The notes under the pieces: generated by a model
The model's database searches: none
Told to the model about the DNA's origin: nothing
What the model saw: the letters and a program-made list of their open reading frames with translations, nothing else
Made by a program: the position numbers and the translations under genes
Source of the DNA: an uncultured Muribaculaceae bacterium
GTDB taxonomy: Bacteria > Bacillota_I > Bacilli_A > RF39 > UBA660
Reading direction: 5' to 3'
Length of the DNA: 64,000 nucleotides
NCBI GenBank assembly: GCA_964650315.1
Contig: CAZYQE010000002.1
Coordinates: forward strand, 72,140 to 136,139
Shown here: in pieces, positions 57,684-64,000 of the stretch
Layout of the letters: every line of letters starts with the position of its first letter
How positions within the stretch are numbered: the stretch's first letter is position 1

Positions 57684-58511
57684 TTATTTCTTATTATCAT
57701 ATTCTTCTAAAAAACTATGTTTATCTTTATTCTTAGTATACCCTAAAATACAATCTAAATTCACATTATCTAAACTCTTAAAAATATTATAATCGATATT
57801 ATCATTATTCTTCTTTAATTTCTTAATTAAATTCTTAATCTCTAATCTTTTACTATTATCTTTTTCAAACTCACTATCTTCAGTAAATTTACAAGCACAA
57901 TTAATAAATTTTAATTTATTAAATTTAGCCCAAGATATAATAGATTCTTCTTTTATTAAATATAATGGTCTAATTAATTCTAATCCTTTAAAATTATCAC
58001 TATGTAATTTAGGCATCATAGTTTTAACTTCTGATCCATAAAACATAGAAAGTAATGTGGTTTCAATAACATCATCAAAATGATGACCTAAAGCTATTTT
58101 ATTACATCCTAATTCTTTAGCTTTACTATATAGAAAACCTCTTCTCATACGAGCACATAAATAACAAGGACTTCTATCAGTTTTATCTACAACATCAAAT
58201 ATATCACTATCAAATATAGTAATATCAAGATTAAGTATTTCAGCATTCTTCTTTATTAAATCTAAGTTTTCTTGTCTGTAACCAGGATTCATAACTACAT
58301 ATTCTGCATCAAATTTAAATTTACCATGTCTAATTAACTCTTCTATACATTTAGCTAGTAAAAACGAATCTTTCCCTCCACTAATACAAACCATAACTTT
58401 ATCATCTTTAGAAATCAATTCATAATCACTAACAGTTTTAACAAACTTAGACCATATATCTTTACGATATTTTTTTATAATACTACGTTCTATTTCTTTA
58501 TGTCTTTCCAT
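57684..58511 (-). CDS. ttcA: PP-loop tRNA 2-thiocytidine biosynthesis TtcA-family protein
   Basis: MVCISGGKDS PP-loop, CYLCARMRRG and ALGHHFDD motifs. Confidence 0.7.
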   Translation of the reverse strand: MERHKEIERSIIKKYRKDIWSKFVKTVSDYELISKDDKVMVCISGGKDSFLLAKCIEELIRHGKFKFDAEYVVMNPGYRQENLDLIKKNAEILNLDITIFDSDIFDVVDKTDRSPCYLCARMRRGFLYSKAKELGCNKIALGHHFDDVIETTLLSMFYGSEVKTMMPKLHSDNFKGLELIRPLYLIKEESIISWAKFNKLKFINCACKFTEDSEFEKDNSKRLEIKNLIKKLKKNNDNIDYNIFKSLDNVNLDCILGYTKNKDKHSFLEEYDNKK

Positions 58512-58520
58512 AATATACTC

Positions 58521-59207
58521 CTAATTAGTTCTTTTTACATCAATACTATATTTACTATTACCCCTATACTCTTTTTTAAAATTAAAATCATCTTCACTAT
58601 CATAAGTAAATACAGTTAGTTTTATTGGAGATTTAACTTTATCTATATCTCTACCTGGAGTTAATTTAATAGCTGTAAATAATGTATTATCATTATAATC
58701 TTTAGTCTCTACATGAGAATAAAAAGAATCATTTCTATGAGCATAATCATCATATAAATATATTTCTAAATATTCAGCATGTAACATAGTCTCACTAGGA
58801 TTTAAAACATTATAAGAAAAACTAGTTCCATCATTAAGATCAAACTTAATATTAAATCCTATCTTATTATTTTTACTTAGAGAACTCCATTTATTATAAA
58901 ATTCTTCTGCATATTTTTTATTTAAAATTATTTCTTTTTCTTTAGAAGGAAAAATACTAAATACTCCAATATCTGTACCTCTAACAAATTTATTACTATA
59001 CTCAGTCAATAAAGTTAATTTATTATTGGTGTTATCATAAATACCTATAGGCATATTATTTAAGTCTTTATATTCTTCTTTTACAATTGGTTTCTTTTTA
59101 GTAATATGTTTTTTAGTTTTAGTATTACATCCAACTAAAAAAACACTAGTAAATAGTATACATATTACTAGATATAGTATTTTTTTATTAAACACAAGTA
59201 TAACCAC
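58521..59207 (-). CDS. Lipoprotein
   Basis: Signal peptide with lipobox FLVGC. Confidence 0.55.
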   Translation of the reverse strand: MVILVFNKKILYLVICILFTSVFLVGCNTKTKKHITKKKPIVKEEYKDLNNMPIGIYDNTNNKLTLLTEYSNKFVRGTDIGVFSIFPSKEKEIILNKKYAEEFYNKWSSLSKNNKIGFNIKFDLNDGTSFSYNVLNPSETMLHAEYLEIYLYDDYAHRNDSFYSHVETKDYNDNTLFTAIKLTPGRDIDKVKSPIKLTVFTYDSEDDFNFKKEYRGNSKYSIDVKRTN

Positions 59208-59946
59208 CGTCTATAGGTAAAATAACACCAGTAACATAACTAGCTTCATCACTAGCTAAGAAAAGTGCTCCTGCATTAAGTTCTCCTTCATGTCCATATC
59301 TACCAAGTGGTACAGTTGCTTGCATATACTGAGTAAATTCATCTGTAATTAATGTTTCATGTGTTAACTCTGTATCAAAATATCCAGGACATATTGCATT
59401 TACTGTAATTCCATCTTTAGCAAGTTCAGAAGCTGCTGCTCTTGTAAAATTAACAACTCCTCCTTTAGAAGTATGATATGCAATAGTTCCCATCGCCATA
59501 TTTCCAACTAATCCATACATAGAAGCAATATTAATAATTCTTCCATATTTATTTTTTTTCATAATGTTACCAAAAGCTCTAGTTACATAGAATACTGAAT
59601 CCATATCAGTCTTAATAGTAAAATCCCATTCTTCATCAGTCATATCTAAAACTCCAGCATTTTTAGCAGAACCAGCACAGTTAACTAAAATATCAACTTT
59701 ACCAAATTCTTTTTCTGCTGCTTTTGCTGCATCATCTACATTCTTAGGATCTGTAACATCACATTTAATAGGTAAAACTTTTACTCCTTTTTTTTCTAAA
59801 TCTTTTTTTACTTCTTCTAACCTTTCAAGTCTTCTAGCAAGTAATACTAAGTCTGCTCCTTGTTCTGCAAAAGCATATGACATTTGCCTCCCAAGACCAG
59901 AACTTGCTCCAGTAACAACCGCTACTCTTCCTTTTAAATCAAACAT
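59188..59946 (-). CDS. SDR family oxidoreductase
   Basis: VAVVTGASSGLG, NCAG and YHTSKGG motifs. Start taken at MFDLKG. Confidence 0.85.
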   Translation of the reverse strand: MFDLKGRVAVVTGASSGLGRQMSYAFAEQGADLVLLARRLERLEEVKKDLEKKGVKVLPIKCDVTDPKNVDDAAKAAEKEFGKVDILVNCAGSAKNAGVLDMTDEEWDFTIKTDMDSVFYVTRAFGNIMKKNKYGRIINIASMYGLVGNMAMGTIAYHTSKGGVVNFTRAAASELAKDGITVNAICPGYFDTELTHETLITDEFTQYMQATVPLGRYGHEGELNAGALFLASDEASYVTGVILPIDGGYTCV

Positions 59947-60013
59947 AAAAACCTCCAATCTTTATATATTTATCATAACAAAAAAACTAGATAAAATCTA
60001 GTTAATATTTATA

Positions 60014-60090
60014 TGGTAGCCTGTACGGGATTTGAACCCGTGAATGCCGCCTTGAGAGGGCGGTGTGTTAAACCACTTCACCAACAGGCC
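60014..60090 (-). tRNA. tRNA-Glu (anticodon CUC), encoded CCA
   Basis: The reverse complement reads GGCCTGTTGGTGAAGTGGTTTAACACACCGCCCTCTCAAGGCGGCATTCACGGGTTCAAATCCCGTACAGGCTACCA. Anticodon stem CCGCC/GGCGG with loop CTCTCAA. It is close to Firmicute tRNA-Glu as I recall it. Confidence 0.85.
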
Positions 60091-60117
60091 ATACAAATTA
60101 CATTTATATATTAACAT

Positions 60118-60146
60118 AAAAAAAAGAGTATTACTACTCTTTTTTA
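60118..60146 (-). terminator. Rho-independent terminator of the downstream surface-protein paralog
   Basis: Hairpin GAGTA-TTAC-TACTC extended by A/T pairs, with a T-run on the minus strand. Confidence 0.65.
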
Positions 60147-61610
60147 TTATCCATTATTTTTTTGGAAATATTTTACTACTCCAACTGATGTTCCAACTAT
60201 GAAAGCACCAAACATTGTTAGTAATAAATTTGTAAGTGGAGAATTACCTGTATCAGGAACTTCTACTACTTGTTCTTCACATTGATCTTTATATTCTTGT
60301 TCTGTTACTTCGTCTCCATTTTTTCCATAGAATTTACCATCAGACATTTCACAGAAATGCATACATTGATCTTTGTATTCTTCTTCTGTTACTTCGTCTC
60401 CAGCAATACCAAAGTATTTATCACCAATTTTTTCACATTTGTGTTCTTTACATTCTAAATTGTATGTTTCTTCATCTACTTCAGTACCATCTTTACCATA
60501 GTATTTATCATCGATAACTTCACATTTATGTTCAAAACATTCTAAATTATATGTTTCTTCATCTACTTCAGTACCATCTTTACCAAAGTAAGTATCTCCT
60601 ACTTTTTGACATACATGTTTATTACATTCTAAATCATATGTAGCTTGATCTACTTCATCTCCATCTGGACCAAAATAATGGTTACCAATGATTTCACATC
60701 TATGTTCTTTACATTCTAAATTATATGTATTTTGATCTACTACTCTACCATCTTTACCATAGTATTTACCATTAGCATATTGACATGTTCTAACTATTGG
60801 TGTAGCAGAAACTGTAACTTTAGCAGTTGCTGTTTTCTTTGTACTTCCTAAAACAATTAAATTTTGATATTTACTGTTTTTAGGTGAATATTTTTCAACT
60901 GTTTGTACTTTTTTACTAGCAGTTACTTTTACAGTAAATGATTTAGTTTTGTTAACTTTACTAGCAGGTACTCTTACATATACCTTACTACCATTTTTAA
61001 CAGTTGTTACTTTTCTATCACTACCATTTACTATAATAGCTGGTGATGTAACACTAATACTAGCACTTGATACATTACCTAACTTAACAGTAATAGCTTT
61101 TGATTTATAGTAATAACCACCACTAACTTCAGTCATTTTACTGCTACTAGCAGATATTCTAGCACTTGGATTCTTATCTGTTTTACTCTTATTCTTTTTA
61201 GCAGTTGATGCTAAAGATTTAGCTTGTTTAACAACAGATGCATTTGGATTATTCTTATAAGCATTTACCATATATCCATTGTAATATTTCCATACTGCTA
61301 TACGAGTAAGAACAATAGACTTATTTGAAGACTTAGCTTGTCTAAGTAAATATAATAATCCTCCATCATTAATATTACCCTTATAGTATAATTTAGTACC
61401 ATTAGGTGGAGTATTCTTATATGGTGAAATACAATAAGCCCATCCCTTATTAGTAGCAAAACCAGTCTCAGTACGTCCTGCTACTCCTGACTTAATATAA
61501 GTCACTTTGTTTAATACCATTGTTGATTGTGCATTAACATTTGTAACACAGAATCCAGATGCTACAAATAATGCGATTAAGATAATAATGTTTCTTAATT
61601 TCTTCATCAT
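60147..61610 (-). CDS. Surface protein paralog 1: signal peptide, N-terminal domain, six 28-aa two-Cys repeats, VPDTG C-terminal sorting-like signal
   Basis: Signal peptide ...VTNVNA, repeats C-E-K-[IV]-G-D-x-Y-F-G-K-D-G-x-E-V-D-x-x-T-Y-x-L-E-C-x-x-H-x, and C-terminal VPDTG plus hydrophobic helix plus KYFQKNNG. Confidence 0.7.
   Translation of the reverse strand: MMKKLRNIIILIALFVASGFCVTNVNAQSTMVLNKVTYIKSGVAGRTETGFATNKGWAYCISPYKNTPPNGTKLYYKGNINDGGLLYLLRQAKSSNKSIVLTRIAVWKYYNGYMVNAYKNNPNASVVKQAKSLASTAKKNKSKTDKNPSARISASSSKMTEVSGGYYYKSKAITVKLGNVSSASISVTSPAIIVNGSDRKVTTVKNGSKVYVRVPASKVNKTKSFTVKVTASKKVQTVEKYSPKNSKYQNLIVLGSTKKTATAKVTVSATPIVRTCQYANGKYYGKDGRVVDQNTYNLECKEHRCEIIGNHYFGPDGDEVDQATYDLECNKHVCQKVGDTYFGKDGTEVDEETYNLECFEHKCEVIDDKYYGKDGTEVDEETYNLECKEHKCEKIGDKYFGIAGDEVTEEEYKDQCMHFCEMSDGKFYGKNGDEVTEQEYKDQCEEQVVEVPDTGNSPLTNLLLTMFGAFIVGTSVGVVKYFQKNNG
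60279..60785 (-). repeat. Six tandem coding repeats (about 84 nt / 28 aa) inside paralog 1
   Basis: Counted from Cys276 to Cys444 of the translation. The periodicity is also visible in the DNA. Confidence 0.8.
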
Positions 61611-61637
61611 TCGACATTCCCCCTTCGAACGTCATAT

Positions 61638-61646
61638 ATTATAACA
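61638..61646 (-). promoter_or_regulatory. Candidate extended -10 box (TGTTATAAT) for paralog 1
   Basis: The same element sits at the same distance from a GGGGGAA RBS in both paralogs. AT-rich background lowers specificity. Confidence 0.35.
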
Positions 61647-61673
61647 TAAAATGTCAATTTTGTAAAGTTTAAA

Positions 61674-61703
61674 CAAAAAAAGAGTATTAATTACTCTTTT
61701 TTA
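61674..61703 (-). terminator. Rho-independent terminator of the upstream surface-protein paralog
   Basis: Hairpin GAGTA-TTAAT-TACTC with flanking A/T runs. It is a near copy of the 60118..60146 terminator. Confidence 0.65.
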
Positions 61704-63422
61704 TTATCCATTATTTTTTTGATGATGTTTTAATATTCCAAATGATGTTCCAACTATAGCAGTACCAAATACTGTTAATAGAATGTTTGCAAGTGGTGAA
61801 CTTCCTGTATCAGGAACAGAAACTACTTGAGCTTCACATTCATTTTTATATTGTTCTTCAGTAACTTGATCTCCGTTTTTACCATAGTATTTACCATCGT
61901 CAATTTCACAAGAATGAGTACATTGTGTCTTATATTCAGCCTCTGTTACTTCATCTCCTGCAATACCATAATATTTATTATCAATCTTTTGACATTTATG
62001 AACACATTGTGCAGTATAAGTTGCTTCGTCTACTTCTACTCCGTCTTTACCAAAATACTTATCACCAATTTTTTCACAAATATGTTCATTACATTCTAAA
62101 TCAAATGTTTCTTGATCAACCATATTTCCATCTTTACCAAAGTATACATCTCCTACTTTTTGACATTGATGTGGATTACATTCAATATCATAAGTAACAG
62201 CATCTACTTCAAAACCATCTTTACCAAAATAATGGTTACCAATAATTTCACACTTATGTTCTAAACATTCTAAATTAAATGTTTCTTCATCAACTTCAGT
62301 ACCAGTTTTACCAAAGTAAGTATCTCCTACTTTTTCACATACGTGCTTATTACATTCTTTATAGAATGTTTGATAATCTACTTGATTACCATCTTTACCA
62401 AAGTATACATCTCCTACTTTTTCACATTTATGTGGATTACATTCAATATCAAATGTAGTATAACTTACTTGATTTCCGTTTTTACCAAAGTAAACATTTC
62501 CTACTTTTTCGCATGTATGTTTTTGACATTGAATTGAATATGTAGTCTTATCTACTACTTTACCATCTTTACCATAGTATTTACCATTAGCATATTCACA
62601 TTTTCTAGCCACTGGTTTAGCTGAAACTGTTTTCTTTGCGCTATCAGTTTTCTTTTCTTTAACTACGATAGCTAAATCTTGGTATTTACTATTTTTAGGT
62701 GAATATCTTTCAACCTTCTTAATAGTCTTACTAGCACTAGCTTTTACAGTATAAGATTTAGACTTATTAACTTTAGTAGCAGGCACTCTTACATATACCT
62801 TACTACCATTTTTAACAGTGCTAACTTTCTTATTTTTACTATTTACTATAGTAGCTGGTGAAGTAACACTAATACTTGCGCTAGACACATTAGAAAGTTT
62901 AACAGTCATAGCTTTTGATTTAAAGTATTTACCTTTTTCTACTTCACTCATCTTAGTACTACTAATAGATAATTTAACACTAGGGTTTTTATAATTATCT
63001 TTATTATGTGATGCAGCACTACTAGCTAAAGATTTAGCTTTTTTAACCGCACTATTACCAGGATGATTCTTATAAACAGCAGGCATATACTTATTATAAT
63101 GTTTCCATATAGCTATTTGACTAGCTAAATATCCCTTATCACTATGACCACCATTTTCAATCAACCATACTAACCCATTATCTTTAATAGTGTTCTTATA
63201 GTATAAAGTAGTACCTTGATTAGCACCAGTCTTCATAGGAGTTATACACCATGCATAACCCTTACTAGTATAGAACTTAGCTTCCTTTCTGCTTCCAATT
63301 CCAGTTTTGATATAAGTCTTTTTAGTTATTTTTAAAGACTTAGCATTAACATTTACAATACCGAAGCAAGATACCATAAATATTATCAATAGTGCTATTG
63401 CACTTTTAAAAAATTTATTCAT
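61704..63422 (-). CDS. Surface protein paralog 2: signal peptide, N-terminal domain, nine 28-aa two-Cys repeats, VPDTG C-terminal sorting-like signal
   Basis: Same architecture as paralog 1. C-terminal VPDTGSSPL plus hydrophobic helix plus KHHQKNNG. Confidence 0.7.
   Translation of the reverse strand: MNKFFKSAIALLIIFMVSCFGIVNVNAKSLKITKKTYIKTGIGSRKEAKFYTSKGYAWCITPMKTGANQGTTLYYKNTIKDNGLVWLIENGGHSDKGYLASQIAIWKHYNKYMPAVYKNHPGNSAVKKAKSLASSAASHNKDNYKNPSVKLSISSTKMSEVEKGKYFKSKAMTVKLSNVSSASISVTSPATIVNSKNKKVSTVKNGSKVYVRVPATKVNKSKSYTVKASASKTIKKVERYSPKNSKYQDLAIVVKEKKTDSAKKTVSAKPVARKCEYANGKYYGKDGKVVDKTTYSIQCQKHTCEKVGNVYFGKNGNQVSYTTFDIECNPHKCEKVGDVYFGKDGNQVDYQTFYKECNKHVCEKVGDTYFGKTGTEVDEETFNLECLEHKCEIIGNHYFGKDGFEVDAVTYDIECNPHQCQKVGDVYFGKDGNMVDQETFDLECNEHICEKIGDKYFGKDGVEVDEATYTAQCVHKCQKIDNKYYGIAGDEVTEAEYKTQCTHSCEIDDGKYYGKNGDQVTEEQYKNECEAQVVSVPDTGSSPLANILLTVFGTAIVGTSFGILKHHQKNNG
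61836..62600 (-). repeat. Nine tandem coding repeats (about 84 nt / 28 aa) inside paralog 2
   Basis: Counted from Cys275 to Cys529 of the translation. Confidence 0.8.
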
Positions 63423-63449
63423 TCCGCATTCCCCCTCAGAATGTCCATT

Positions 63450-63458
63450 ATTATAACA
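63450..63458 (-). promoter_or_regulatory. Candidate extended -10 box (TGTTATAAT) for paralog 2
   Basis: The reverse complement reads ATGTTATAATAATGGACATTCTGAGGGGGAATGCGGAATG. The layout is conserved with paralog 1. Confidence 0.35.
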
Positions 63459-63494
63459 TAATCAATAAAAAAAAGCAAGAAAAAAAACTATAAA

Positions 63495-64000
63495 TTAGTT
63501 CATAACCTTCTTTATAGTTTTATTTACTAAACTCTCTTCATACTTATCAGTATTACTAATATACATATCATACACTATATTATCGATCTTATTTAACTCA
63601 TTATTACCAGTATAACTATATTTAACAGGACCAAATTCAAAAATAACTTCTTTTTTATTATTATACCTAAGATGTTTATAATTAAATCTTTCTGGTATAT
63701 CTAAATGTTTCACAATATTCAATTCTTTTTTATCTACTTCATTATTATTAAATAAATCATAAGCAATAGCTACATTATTAGTAACAAAATTTCTAAATAA
63801 ATTACCTACAATAGCTGTTCCTGTAAAACTAATCATATCTAAATATATAAATAAATCACCTAAGTTATTATTCGCAAAAAACTTCTCATTATCAATTTTA
63901 AGTATATCAGTAACACCTCTTAATATTTCTTGAGATTCATATAAATTTCTTCCTCTACTATTACCAAAAGATTTTAATATTCTACCATCACTTAATACTT
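63495..64000 (-). CDS. Hypothetical protein, 5' end outside the window
   Basis: The minus-strand frame stays open from 63836 to the window edge (hand translation ...GRNLYESQEILRGVTDILKIDNEKFFANNNLGDLFIYLDMISFTG...). No recognisable motifs. Confidence 0.5.
   Translation of the reverse strand, partial: VLSDGRILKSFGNSRGRNLYESQEILRGVTDILKIDNEKFFANNNLGDLFIYLDMISFTGTAIVGNLFRNFVTNNVAIAYDLFNNNEVDKKELNIVKHLDIPERFNYKHLRYNNKKEVIFEFGPVKYSYTGNNELNKIDNIVYDMYISNTDKYEESLVNKTIKKVMN

Noticed and set aside
60279-62600. Regular 84-bp periodic repeats that could be mistaken for a CRISPR-like or satellite array.
   Set aside because: The repeats are in frame within two long ORFs and encode a conserved 28-aa peptide module. 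There are no unique spacers of constant length between short direct repeats, and no cas genes.
1-64000. Search for CRISPR arrays, transposases, IS elements, prophage blocks, toxin-antitoxin pairs or known defence-system signatures (restriction-modification, Cas, reverse transcriptase, STAND/NACHT, SIR2/TIR).
   Set aside because: Nothing in the translations showed the corresponding catalytic motifs. The hypothetical proteins at 8888..9364, 21736..22488, 25648..26220, 35298..35600 and 36477..37868 are isolated and carry no recognisable enzymatic signatures, so no defence call can be supported.

Overview
Very AT-rich chromosomal segment from an endospore-forming low-GC Firmicute. Calls come from reading the ORF translations and intergenic DNA by eye; no searches were run, and many start codons are uncertain. 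Sporulation markers are spoIVB, spoIIM, spoIIGA-sigE, a GerA/SpoVAF-type protein, a ylbJ/ylbL-like pair and a DUF1540 gene. The window is mostly core housekeeping. It holds mutL (5' truncated)-miaA, apt, gltX, murC, mutS, nusB-xseA-xseB, deoB-xerD, rarA, holA-alaS-cmk, gpmA, queH, guaD, two tandem plsC-type acyltransferases and four single tRNA genes (CAU, Gln-CUG, Arg-CCG, Glu-CUC). Gene orientation switches from mainly plus to mainly minus near 42.85 kb. I found no CRISPR array, transposase, prophage or recognisable defence island. Items worth a second look: (1) a GspE/PilB-type ATPase with a long P/Q/V-rich tail, divergent from two prepilin-like genes; (2) a ClpX-like AAA+ protein whose zinc-finger domain is replaced by an unknown 220-aa domain; (3) a PP-loop protein translationally coupled to a MurD-type ligase, a candidate MurL/MurD2 route; (4) tRNA-Gln abutting a long GluRS; (5) an alanine-specifier T-box in front of a packed dNMP-kinase-like/cmk/alaS/holA unit, with an odd expression platform; (6) a stand-alone GS-like amidoligase; (7) two tandem paralogous surface proteins with 28-aa two-cysteine repeats, a VPDTG C-terminal sorting-like signal and a TQXA-like motif that is mutated in one copy.
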